Shown here one piece after another: positions 1 to 8,590 of a stretch of 55,093 bases of DNA. Position 1 is the first letter of the stretch. Each line of letters starts with the position of its first letter. The notes beneath the pieces were generated by a model that saw only the letters and a list, made by a program, of their open reading frames with translations, searched no databases and was not told the origin of the DNA. The DNA is taken from IMG/VR virus record IMGVR_UViG_3300015171_000006, positions 1 to 55,093 of that record. One strand, 5' to 3'. Position numbers and translations under genes: made by a program. This DNA is from an uncultured virus (IMG/VR IMGVR_UViG_3300015171_000006) (Duplodnaviria > Heunggongvirae > Uroviricota > Caudoviricetes).

Positions 1-4
1 AACG

Positions 5-79
5 TTCGCTGTTATGATTTTTTAAGTAGCAAATAATTATAAAGGCAGATGGAACTACTTAAAAAATCATAACAGCGAA
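5..79. repeat. Perfect 25-bp inverted repeat (spacer hairpin), copy A
   Basis: TTCGCTGTTATGATTTTTTAAGTAG (5-29) / CTACTTAAAAAATCATAACAGCGAA (55-79), 25-nt loop; identical to 52327-52401. Confidence 0.95.
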
Positions 80-93
80 GCGGAAATTCAAGC

Positions 94-122
94 CTCACTT
101 ATAAGAAACTCTTATATTAAAT
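94..122 (+). other. dif-like XerC/XerD site 1 (7-bp central region)
   Basis: CTCACTTATAA-GAAACTC-TTATATTAAAT; right arm is 10/11 identical to the XerD box TTATGTTAAAT. Confidence 0.75.
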
Positions 123-211
123 TGGCGCTAACACAGCCATGAGTAAAAGCGTCAGGAAAATTGTAAAGACAGCCAACGCCACTTGTTTTTATCGGAATTT
201 GATATTTTATT

Positions 212-643
212 ATGGAGAAAAGCATTAGTGATAATCTTGCGAAGCATGTTGAATTATCAAACGACAAATTCCAAAAGTATTATAATTGGTTGCGTGGTTT
301 AATTGCTATAGCTGGAGGCTTGGTAGCTATTTTAATATCTTTAAAAAGCGGAATTTCAAAAAACCCAAATCAACACAAATTATTTATTTCTACTATAGGA
401 TTACTATCCGCAGGTATCCTTTTTGGATCAATCGTATTATATCAGGAAGTTTATATTGCAGGCAAATATCTTCAAGTGATGCACGATCACATAAAAGAAC
501 AATTTGAGGGCTACAAAGGAGACTTACTTGGCTGGATAGAAATCCCAAAAATTTATAAAATATGTTCTTACCTATGTATAATTTCTTTTGTTTTGTCGTT
601 AATATCTCTTGTAACTTATGCGGTATTTGCCGATTTGCCATAG
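212..643 (+). CDS. Hypothetical multi-pass membrane protein (module A cargo)
   Basis: 143-aa ORF with three hydrophobic segments, opposite to structural genes, inside a pair of dif-like sites. Confidence 0.8.
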   Translation: MEKSISDNLAKHVELSNDKFQKYYNWLRGLIAIAGGLVAILISLKSGISKNPNQHKLFISTIGLLSAGILFGSIVLYQEVYIAGKYLQVMHDHIKEQFEGYKGDLLGWIEIPKIYKICSYLCIISFVLSLISLVTYAVFADLP

Positions 644-730
644 TTTCTTTTAACAGTATAAAAAAATATTAGAAAAATTTAGAGGCATGATTGTTAATTT
701 ACAAACACAGCTTCATAAATCGCTTCAATA

Positions 731-985
731 ATGTACGTGTCTCTCCCTCTCCAATATTGGCAGCCTGCAGTCCTCCAAATCTTCAACAAGGGAAAGAAGT
801 TAAATTATGTAGTCCAGATCATGTTATACTGGTTTATTGGGACGTTAGTACTTTCTTTAGGGCTTAATGCGAAAGATATTATAAAATATTTTTTAGGGAG
901 AAATAAAGAGAAAGCCAAAACAACGACATCACAGCAATCCCTAAAAGGTCTTCAGAATCAATCCACGAAAGATACTTCCAAATAG
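731..985 (+). CDS. Small hypothetical membrane protein (true start may be ATG at 820)
   Basis: Hydrophobic stretch MLYWFIGTLVLSLGL followed by a basic tail. Confidence 0.45.
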   Translation: MYVSLPLQYWQPAVLQIFNKGKKLNYVVQIMLYWFIGTLVLSLGLNAKDIIKYFLGRNKEKAKTTTSQQSLKGLQNQSTKDTSK

Positions 986-1171
986 ATTTCAAAACATAAT
1001 TTTTCGCAGCTTTTACATTTTCAAATCAGTATCATGTTATGTTGTTAGAAAATGACAAAGGCAGTCATTTTCGCTTCGCCTTTTAGAACAACAATTTTCC
1101 CGCCCCTTTTGCCCTCACTTTCCCGGCGCTTTGGGGTTGCCTTCTTGAAAACTTACAACCCCTGCTAACCA

Positions 1172-1200
1172 AAATAACATAAGAGCTAATTATAGGCTTT
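1172..1200 (-). other. dif-like XerC/XerD site 2 (inverted relative to site 1)
   Basis: Minus strand AAAGCCTATAA-TTAGCTC-TTATGTTATTT, same 11-7-11 layout. Confidence 0.7.
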
Positions 1201-1345
1201 TTTCATAATCTGATTACTTTGTCCTTATGAATTTTTATTAATTATTGCCAACGCTTCTTAAAAAAAAGATTCTTATATTTAATGTGTCGACAAGATAGGA
1301 AGCCGGTTGCCAGTAGATTAATCTAATACCGCAACCACTTCCGAT

Positions 1346-1379
1346 AAGCCGCAAGCATCCAGTTTGCGGTTTCTTTTTT
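1346..1379 (+). terminator. Rho-independent terminator-like hairpin
   Basis: AAGCCGCAA...TTGCGGTTT followed by a T-rich tract. Confidence 0.55.
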
Positions 1380-1437
1380 CTATAATGCCTTAAGAAAATA
1401 ATTAATAAAAATTCAAAGAACAAGAACGGCCTGCTAA

Positions 1438-1486
1438 GTTGCGATCTTTTAAATAATCTTTTTTTAATTGCAGAAAAGATCGCAAC
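1438..1486. repeat. 13-bp perfect inverted repeat downstream of the gp10-like gene
   Basis: GTTGCGATCTTTT (1438-1450) / AAAAGATCGCAAC (1474-1486). Confidence 0.7.
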
Positions 1487-1505
1487 GCTTATGCTAAGGT
1501 AATAA

Positions 1506-2027
1506 TTATTTTAATGATTGCTTTAATTCTTCAAAATTCTTTTCTACTGCAGGCACAAAAAAAGGATGAGGCTTAATACCGTTTCTTAAAATACTTCTCG
1601 CTATTAAATAAGCAGCCCCATTACCTTCAATTCCTTTTCGTTTCACCCATCCCATTATTCTCAAAATAAAATCATCAAAATTTCCGCCTGAGCCACCTTT
1701 AAATTTTGCCGCATATTCTTGCCACGTTGCGGGTAATGTGCTTACGTAAGCTTCGGCAAATCTTCGTGTTCCAAACTCAATATAAGCGGCATAATTAGCG
1801 GCCACAACTATTTTAGTTTTTACTTTTACATCACCGGTATTTGCCGGCTCAAATGAGATGGCGTTTCTTAAAAAACCTTCATCAACAGGGGCATTTACTT
1901 TTGCCTGGTTAACTGTTTTAATAGCAAAATTATTCAGCTTATCAGCCATGATTTTATTTATGTCCTGCTTTGCTTTGCTGAATTTTGCCTCTACGCCTTT
2001 TGTATCTATATTTAAAGTAAGCCCCAT
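1506..2027 (-). CDS. HK97 gp10-family tail completion/neck protein
   Basis: Motifs AKVNAPVDEGFLRNAI, YAAYIEFGT, PHPFFVPA. Start re-set to ATG at 2027, just after the stop of the upstream gene. Confidence 0.88.
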   Translation of the reverse strand: MGLTLNIDTKGVEAKFSKAKQDINKIMADKLNNFAIKTVNQAKVNAPVDEGFLRNAISFEPANTGDVKVKTKIVVAANYAAYIEFGTRRFAEAYVSTLPATWQEYAAKFKGGSGGNFDDFILRIMGWVKRKGIEGNGAAYLIARSILRNGIKPHPFFVPAVEKNFEELKQSLK

Positions 2028-2028
2028 A

Positions 2029-2355
2029 TTAAGTAGTTGTTGCACTGCACCGGCATACGCAGTATTTACGGTTGCCTTCATCTAAATAGGATATGGATTT
2101 TATTTGCAAAACCTTACTATCATACTCAATAATAAAGTTTGATTTTACTACCCTGGTTTTTTCATATCTGAAGGTTACTTTATAATCATAATTCCATAAT
2201 GCCTGCTCTTGCCCTGTGTATAATGAACCGCTCCTTGCCTCTACTTTTGCCCAAATACTATAGAACTGATCAACTACAGCGCTAACACCCCCGCCTGCAT
2301 CTTTAGATGTAGTGTAAGATTTTAAAGTAATCTTCCTGTTCATTTCTCCTATCAT
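2029..2355 (-). CDS. Head closure protein (SPP1 gp16-like)
   Basis: MIGEMNRKITLKS...D.GGG...IWAKVE pattern and position. Confidence 0.85.
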   Translation of the reverse strand: MIGEMNRKITLKSYTTSKDAGGGVSAVVDQFYSIWAKVEARSGSLYTGQEQALWNYDYKVTFRYEKTRVVKSNFIIEYDSKVLQIKSISYLDEGNRKYCVCRCSATTT

Positions 2356-2364
2356 TACTTTATA

Positions 2365-2610
2365 TTAAGTAAGTGTTTTAATATATTTATTCATCTCATC
2401 AATTTGCTTTGATTGACTTTTTATAATATCCTTTGCCAATCCAACAACATATTCATCTTTACTTTTTGCAATTGCCTGTTTACTCATTGTTAATGCCATT
2501 TGGTGATGTTTTACCATGGCCTGCAGCCAATCTTTATCACTAAATTTATTCATTGGCATAGATTTCTTAAATTCAGTTAATGCCGATATAATTTCATTTG
2601 TCTGTATCAT
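2365..2610 (-). CDS. DUF305-like (ferritin-like, Met/His-rich) small protein
   Basis: D..WLQAMVKHHQMALTMS...LAKDIIKSQSKQIDEM matches the DUF305 half-domain pattern. Confidence 0.75.
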   Translation of the reverse strand: MIQTNEIISALTEFKKSMPMNKFSDKDWLQAMVKHHQMALTMSKQAIAKSKDEYVVGLAKDIIKSQSKQIDEMNKYIKTLT

Positions 2611-3155
2611 ACGCCTCTTACTTGTTGTAAATATACTTTTGCATTATCAGCAATTTTGCCATCACCGCGGTTCTCATACATATACGCTATCTGGCAAAGT
2701 ATTGCTATTTTATAATTTGCCGGCAAGGCGGTAAACCCTGCATTATATTCAGCAGTAAAATCACCATCGTAAGGCTCATTAAGATTGGATATTACCAAAG
2801 CATTCCCGTCCATATCTTTATAAATCACGTCTCCAATTACCGGACCGAAAGGAAGAGTAATATCTCCCAGGCCGTTATGAATTTTTGCCTTTACATTTCG
2901 GTTTATAAAAGAAAGGTTTGCGTAGTTTTCACATACACCCCTTGCTGCTGAAATAAGCATGGTTATTAAAGTATCATCATCTGTCACATCTACACGCAGC
3001 CAGTTTTTTGCCTCATCAAGTGTTATCCATTCACTGTCATTCTCCTCGCTGAATTTCACATTAGTAACCGCATTAAAAGCAATGCCGGTGCCGCCAATAA
3101 CACTTAGCCGGTTACGCTTTGCATCTTCACTGTCGCCTTCAAAAATGTAACTCAT
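2607..3155 (-). CDS. Head-tail connector (HK97 gp6/SPP1 gp15-like)
   Basis: ITLDEAKNWLRVD...DDTLITMLISAAR...AIL..IAYMYENRG. Confidence 0.9.
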   Translation of the reverse strand: MSYIFEGDSEDAKRNRLSVIGGTGIAFNAVTNVKFSEENDSEWITLDEAKNWLRVDVTDDDTLITMLISAARGVCENYANLSFINRNVKAKIHNGLGDITLPFGPVIGDVIYKDMDGNALVISNLNEPYDGDFTAEYNAGFTALPANYKIAILCQIAYMYENRGDGKIADNAKVYLQQVRGV

Positions 3156-3156
3156 A

Positions 3157-3792
3157 TTATTTCTTTTTTACAATTATCAATTCTTTATAAAAATGGATAA
3201 ATTCAAATTTATTATTAACCACATCTTCAGTTTTTAAATGCTCATAATTTAGCTGATGCGTTAATTGCTGAAAGTAATGCATGGAAGTATTTGCAGATAA
3301 GTCTTTGCTTCCTTCATATTCAGTATCCTCAAAATAGCTTGTATGCACATCTTCAATAAAATAAATATCCCCGCTCTGCAGCAGCGGAAATATCATCTCA
3401 AATGTTTTTATGGTTAGGCTGTTGTTGTGGCTGGCATCATCAATAATAATTCTTTTATCAGATCCTTTTTCCCTTTCCAATATTGAAGCAAATAAATTTT
3501 CATCTGCTTGAGAACCTTGCCAAAATTCAGTCCGGTCATTAACTATATTTATTTTATCATAAAGATCAATGCCAATTATTTTACCCTGCACAAAATAATC
3601 ATACCACATACGCAGGCTTTCGCCGCCCCTGTCTGCATAATGATAACCGCCAACTCCAATCTCAACTAAAGAAATTTTATTATTTCTTAATGGTTCAAGG
3701 TATAGCTCATAAGTTTTGCAATAATCATGGTAAGTGCTGCTTTTATCAGTACCGTATTTTAAAGCAAGGTTATCTAAGCTTTCCATGGCCAT
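3157..3792 (-). CDS. Class I SAM-dependent methyltransferase (sugar O-methyltransferase-like)
   Basis: KYGTDK...H.Y...YE, LVEIGVG, IIGIDL, IIIDDASH, GDIYFIEDV. Confidence 0.85.
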   Translation of the reverse strand: MAMESLDNLALKYGTDKSSTYHDYCKTYELYLEPLRNNKISLVEIGVGGYHYADRGGESLRMWYDYFVQGKIIGIDLYDKINIVNDRTEFWQGSQADENLFASILEREKGSDKRIIIDDASHNNSLTIKTFEMIFPLLQSGDIYFIEDVHTSYFEDTEYEGSKDLSANTSMHYFQQLTHQLNYEHLKTEDVVNNKFEFIHFYKELIIVKKK

Positions 3793-5270
3793 GTATTTAC
3801 ATAAGTTTCTAATTGCGGTTTACTCATTTCTTTCACCTTATAAAACTCCTGGTCATTCTTTTTAAAATGCGGGTGATTGGTGCTGCTGTTTGCCCCAATA
3901 AAGTGATCCATGTGATACATTTTCCCTTTTACCCTTTTCACTTTTAAGTCAAGCATATTAAACCTGTCATACCGCTCGCTATCTTCGGGGCCCCAGCTTA
4001 CAAAGTTTTCATTTTCCATACCGGCATTAATAAAAGATTGTTTACTCATTACAACTGCATGTCCTACGCTGCTATGCGTTTTAGGCAGGCATTTACTAAT
4101 ATTAATGTCATACACATCTAAGCTTTCAATCACATCGTTAAACATATAGCGTGGCACTCTTGCCACCCTTCCGTCAAAAGGATAAACAATATCAGCGCCT
4201 TCATTAATTAATTTAACCGATTCATAAAGCTGTGCCGGCGGGCAAATATTATCCCCGTCCCAATTAACAACTACCTCAGTTTTAGCTTTCTTAACTAAAT
4301 CGTTTATCATTTTTGTACGATGAAAATGCGGCATATGAAAGTTTACATAAGAAACATATTCACTCATAAAAGCAAACTCATTTCCGCCCTGCTCGCCAAT
4401 AATAATATTAGTATTAAAATTCTTAAGCATAAAGCCAACCGTAAGCATTATATTTAGCTTCCTGTCTAAGTGATCGTACATTACCGGAATAATAAATGTT
4501 GTATCTTTTAAATCAATCTTATCATTGTTCATCTTCCATTCACCGGGCCAGTAATCTTTCTCATCATACCGCAAAGCATCAAAGTTTTTTGCAGGCCTTA
4601 TCACATTTTTACTGTCTGATAAATAAGCGCCCCACCAGCTAAAAGTCGAGTTGCTTATAATAAAATTATCGCACATACTCATTAAACATAGCTGCTCAAT
4701 ATCATTTAAACCATCCGCAAAAAATACATTTTCCAAAGCTTCAAAATGCAGCCTGCAGTAACTAAAATCATCTGTAAAAATGATGATATTACAATCACTG
4801 AAATATTTATAATAAGCCGATAAATAATAACTTACAGGAACCTGGTAATAATTTTTGTTGTTTACAAAATCACCGCGGCGGATGCTTATTGCAACAGTAT
4901 GTTTTTGAAAGGCGCCGGAAAAATTAGATTTTAATCTTTCTTTTATTTCTGCCTTAAACTCAAATTGTTTTCTCACCTCACATTCAGCATTAGCCCAATA
5001 TTTTTCTGATTGAAAAAACCCCTCCAGATCATAATTTATAGCACTGTCAAGCTTAAATAATTCTTCATCAAAATGGAAGAACTTCTCTTTTAAAACTGTT
5101 GAGTTTGCGGCGCCATCATGCGGCAAATTATTTTCAAAATAATCTTCGTAATTCCATAAAGGGAAACTGCATGTTGTATCATTAGCTTTAGCAATACCCA
5201 TGCAGGAAGCCACTTGAAACAATTGATTTCCAAGCCTGCCTAAAGTTCCCAAAGAGGAAAAGGTTATCAT
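3774..5270 (-). CDS. Bifunctional glycosyltransferase: GT11 (alpha-1,2-fucosyltransferase-like) fused to a GT-A (GT2/GT7C-like) domain
   Basis: GT11 motifs GRLGNQLFQ, ISIRRGDF, SNSTFSWWGAYL; C-terminal TFIIPV, WDGD (DxD), WGPEDSER. Confidence 0.88.
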   Translation of the reverse strand: MITFSSLGTLGRLGNQLFQVASCMGIAKANDTTCSFPLWNYEDYFENNLPHDGAANSTVLKEKFFHFDEELFKLDSAINYDLEGFFQSEKYWANAECEVRKQFEFKAEIKERLKSNFSGAFQKHTVAISIRRGDFVNNKNYYQVPVSYYLSAYYKYFSDCNIIIFTDDFSYCRLHFEALENVFFADGLNDIEQLCLMSMCDNFIISNSTFSWWGAYLSDSKNVIRPAKNFDALRYDEKDYWPGEWKMNNDKIDLKDTTFIIPVMYDHLDRKLNIMLTVGFMLKNFNTNIIIGEQGGNEFAFMSEYVSYVNFHMPHFHRTKMINDLVKKAKTEVVVNWDGDNICPPAQLYESVKLINEGADIVYPFDGRVARVPRYMFNDVIESLDVYDINISKCLPKTHSSVGHAVVMSKQSFINAGMENENFVSWGPEDSERYDRFNMLDLKVKRVKGKMYHMDHFIGANSSTNHPHFKKNDQEFYKVKEMSKPQLETYVNTWPWKA

Positions 5271-5479
5271 GCTGGTACTTTAATTTTATTCTTTTTATTA
5301 ATCACATTCGGTTTATTACCCTGTAAATGTCTTAAAAGAATTGCTTCAGTTTTCGCCGGGTCAGCATCAGCACTTTCAGCTACATTGCATCTTATAAGAT
5401 AGCTTCCCATACTTTCATCAAAATCAACTTCTTCTCCCGGCTTCCAGTTAATGTGTTTTTTTAAAAACCTTATCAGCAT
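5267..5479 (-). CDS. Small protein downstream of major capsid gene
   Basis: 70-aa ORF overlapping the next start; IRFLK...KPGEEV pattern typical of post-capsid small proteins. Confidence 0.7.
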   Translation of the reverse strand: MLIRFLKKHINWKPGEEVDFDESMGSYLIRCNVAESADADPAKTEAILLRHLQGNKPNVINKKNKIKVPA

Positions 5480-5495
5480 AAATATTTATTAAAAT

Positions 5496-5527
5496 AAAAC
5501 CCCTGTTATATTTCAAACAAGGGTTTT
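5496..5527 (-). terminator. Terminator-like hairpin after major capsid gene
   Basis: AAAACCCCTGTT...AACAAGGGTTTT stem with a T-rich tract on the minus strand. Confidence 0.6.
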
Positions 5528-5545
5528 ACATAAGATTAAAAAATA

Positions 5546-6997
5546 TTAGCTCAATTGTAAAACGCCCTTTACAATAGCGGCATTATTAAATATTGCCAAC
5601 GTTGCACGCTCTTCAATCCTGAACATTAATTTATTTTTCTTAGCCAAGGCGGCATCTTCAAACAATCTTAACTCAGGCTGCATCCGCTTTACAAACATGG
5701 TGGCATTTTTATCAAAGCTTAAAAAAGTATCAAACGCCATTTGAGTAGTTGGCACTACATCAAGTCCGCCAATGGTAAGCTTGCCATTTACAAAGGCAAC
5801 TGAGCCAAGCGGTAAATCATACTCACCGCTGCCCGTGGCTTTATTCAATCCAACCCTCACAGCATCTCTCGGCCTTAATACTGTAGTTGTACCCTGGTAA
5901 AATTCATTGGTAGCATCTACTATCTGGCCGTAAGCAGCATCAATTACCCTGTCAACAAGGTTACTGTAGTTTCCATTGTAGGCAGATGCCGCAGTTAACA
6001 ACCCGTCTACAGGCTGGGCAGATGATGTGCCGTTTAAAATAAATGCGTTCTCAGCAGTCTTTAAGCTGATAAGCATTTTGTTTTGAATGTAGCTATTTAA
6101 AAAAGCAATATCATCAAGCATTGCACGGTCAATTACCACAATACCGGCTATCCATTTAAAATAACCAGGCTGCGCAATTAAATTCCAATCCATTTCCGGC
6201 TTATCAGTAGTAGGGTCTTCCCACACAGCGGCTCCGCCGTCCTGGCCGTTCTCTTTTGGATAAACCAACTGAGTACCTGTTGATGTTCCGCCAGGTAAAA
6301 GATCACCAAGCCACACACGGTTATAAGGAGTGCGAATCAATGGCTGTACATCCTGGAATAACTGCCCAGCTCCCGGAAAGTTTGTGGCAATGCTCATATC
6401 ACCTACGGCCTTCACTTCACGAACACCTTCTGCGTTAAGCTCTTTTACTTCAGGCATCATGTCCATGATAAGCACCGGAGAATTTCTTTTGTAATTTTTA
6501 ATATCCTTTGCATGGCGGTCAATAGTTTCACCCAAAATTTGATTAAAGGTTTTTACTTCTGCAGCAGATGATCCGCCGCCCCTGTTTTGGCTTTTTACAG
6601 ACAGGCCTAAACGATCAACTGATTTAATAGTGATAGCAAGATCATCTTTCATTTTTACCAAATCAGCAGCAGTTACATTTTCAGGCAACCCTTTTACTTC
6701 ACCTATCTTTTTATCAATCTCGGATAGTTTTTCTTCTGTAGCGGCTTTTACTTCGGCTTTCACTTCAGTTTTTACGGCTTCTTCCAAAGCAGATTTTGTT
6801 TCATTCAAATGCTTCAAAAGGTCAGCAGATGTTTTAATTTCTACCTGGCTTTCCTTTTCTTTTTTCTCTCTTGCGGTTTTTTCTTCTGCTGTTTCACCAT
6901 CAGATTTATAAGCGGCGGTTCTTGTTGAACCATCAAGGCCAAAACGCTTGCTCGCTATTTTAGGAGCGTGGTTAAATTTTATAAATATTTTTTCCAT
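5546..6997 (-). CDS. Major capsid protein, HK97 family
   Basis: Coiled-coil N-terminal delta-like region; YPKE...A.WE...KPE, AMLDD...L.SYI, EN.FILNG, FRIEER; follows the protease. Confidence 0.93.
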   Translation of the reverse strand: MEKIFIKFNHAPKIASKRFGLDGSTRTAAYKSDGETAEEKTAREKKEKESQVEIKTSADLLKHLNETKSALEEAVKTEVKAEVKAATEEKLSEIDKKIGEVKGLPENVTAADLVKMKDDLAITIKSVDRLGLSVKSQNRGGGSSAAEVKTFNQILGETIDRHAKDIKNYKRNSPVLIMDMMPEVKELNAEGVREVKAVGDMSIATNFPGAGQLFQDVQPLIRTPYNRVWLGDLLPGGTSTGTQLVYPKENGQDGGAAVWEDPTTDKPEMDWNLIAQPGYFKWIAGIVVIDRAMLDDIAFLNSYIQNKMLISLKTAENAFILNGTSSAQPVDGLLTAASAYNGNYSNLVDRVIDAAYGQIVDATNEFYQGTTTVLRPRDAVRVGLNKATGSGEYDLPLGSVAFVNGKLTIGGLDVVPTTQMAFDTFLSFDKNATMFVKRMQPELRLFEDAALAKKNKLMFRIEERATLAIFNNAAIVKGVLQLS

Positions 6998-6998
6998 T

Positions 6999-7922
6999 TT
7001 AATTTTTAATTAAAGATTTATTAAATGTTGTTAGTACACTTAACAACTCTTTTTCTTCAATGCTGGCAAGCGGCTTAGGTGGGTTATCCCCGGCGTAAGT
7101 GTCTGCGGTATCATATTCAGAGATCAGTTGTTTAGTATTGTCAATTTCTAAAAGAATAGATTTTATACATTCATCCGATGCAGTTGTGTTGCGGCAAAAG
7201 TTTTCAAGCGCTGCTGCATGGGCCTTAATTTGTTTAAGTTCTTTAGTATTATAGCGAAGCTGCGAGCGTAGCTCCCCCATCACATCTGCCCGCCTGCTTA
7301 TGTTCCACGTAACCCATGAGTACAGATCGCTTGCTTCATCAATAGAACCGCTTAAATTAACCAGCATCTGTAAAATATCCTGGTCGCTGGCAATAATTAA
7401 CTTCAAGGTATTTTGCTCATTATCGCTAAGGCTTTTTACCTCCGACAGATCAAAAAATGATTTAACTACATTCCTTACTCCCGCTTTTGGATGTGCTGGC
7501 ATTTTAGTAAGTACGCTTGTTTCTATATGCCTCACCTCTTTAAGTTCGCGAACCTTGCGGGCCTTAACTTCAATAATATTACTGCGCTCTGTTACATAAC
7601 CAAAGGATGCTTTTTTAATCACACCTTCATCCATCATCAGCAAAACATCGTTACCCAGGGTATGAGTGCCAAGCCATGCTTTTGTGTAAGCCTGCTTATC
7701 ATCTTCATACACATCAGTCACTTTGCCGGGCGCCTGTTCATCATTATGATTTAGGTAAAAAGAAATGTCAGATTTATTTTCATTCCAGCTTTTTGTAAAC
7801 ATGCCTTTGCGGGAAATATCACCAACGCGGTCAACAGAATCATAAACAGCATGGGCTATAATGGCCGTACGGCTGTTTTTATCCAAATCCTTAAGCTCAA
7901 AATTAATTGTCTTTCTTTCCAC
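6999..7922 (-). CDS. HK97-type prohead protease with C-terminal extension
   Basis: VYDSVDRVGDI..KGMF, LNHN, ASFGY, ELKEV..IETSVL..PAHPKA. Confidence 0.9.
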   Translation of the reverse strand: MERKTINFELKDLDKNSRTAIIAHAVYDSVDRVGDISRKGMFTKSWNENKSDISFYLNHNDEQAPGKVTDVYEDDKQAYTKAWLGTHTLGNDVLLMMDEGVIKKASFGYVTERSNIIEVKARKVRELKEVRHIETSVLTKMPAHPKAGVRNVVKSFFDLSEVKSLSDNEQNTLKLIIASDQDILQMLVNLSGSIDEASDLYSWVTWNISRRADVMGELRSQLRYNTKELKQIKAHAAALENFCRNTTASDECIKSILLEIDNTKQLISEYDTADTYAGDNPPKPLASIEEKELLSVLTTFNKSLIKN

Positions 7923-8086
7923 GCTTTTTAATTTTTACAGTTTTGGCATTCAAGATTTTAACCTCATAACCGTTTTTCACCTTAGTTTTCATACTTAACA
8001 TTAAATTCTATGTAAAATCTGTATCGAATTGAATAACAGAATCAAAAATATATTTTATCTTAGCAAGCGAATATTACTTTATACAA

Positions 8087-8539
8087 ATGCTGCCAACTGT
8101 AAAAGAAGGTGTTCGGGAATTAATTTTTAATTACTTCGGTTATGATGTGCTTGTTAACCACAGGGTGCAGCATGATCTACTAAAAAATATAATAGAAACA
8201 TTTACCTACGCTTACAACCGGCATCAAAACATTGAGGATATAGAAAAGGATTTAGAGTGGACTGAAATATGGGAGTTGAGGCAAAGGAGAATTAATTTAA
8301 AAGAAAGCAATTACAAGCCGTTTCCTATAAGGCTTGGTGATCTTAAGCCAATATTGCAAATGGAAGCCGCCGAGCATAAAAAAACCTTGCACGGCCATAT
8401 ACTTAACCTGCTTATGGAGCGGCAAAAAATACAAAAGAATTATATTGACGTTTACTGTGTACCTCGCTTAAGCAAGATGTACAGATATAAAAGATTACAC
8501 AATAGAGTAATTGTTAACCAGTTAGAATTATTTAATTAA
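8087..8539 (+). CDS. Hypothetical protein with putative ribbon-helix-helix DNA-binding segment
   Basis: KPFPIRLGDLKPILQMEAAEHKKTLHGHILNLLMER resembles an Arc/MetJ-type RHH; opposite strand to head genes. Confidence 0.55.
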   Translation: MLPTVKEGVRELIFNYFGYDVLVNHRVQHDLLKNIIETFTYAYNRHQNIEDIEKDLEWTEIWELRQRRINLKESNYKPFPIRLGDLKPILQMEAAEHKKTLHGHILNLLMERQKIQKNYIDVYCVPRLSKMYRYKRLHNRVIVNQLELFN

Positions 8540-8590
8540 AGTAAAATAATAAGTAAATTCAGTTTATCTTTAATCCCTAAATTTAAAATT

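Noticed and set aside
1238-1423. 61-aa minus-strand ORF
   Set aside because: TTG start, overlaps strong hairpins, no protein features.
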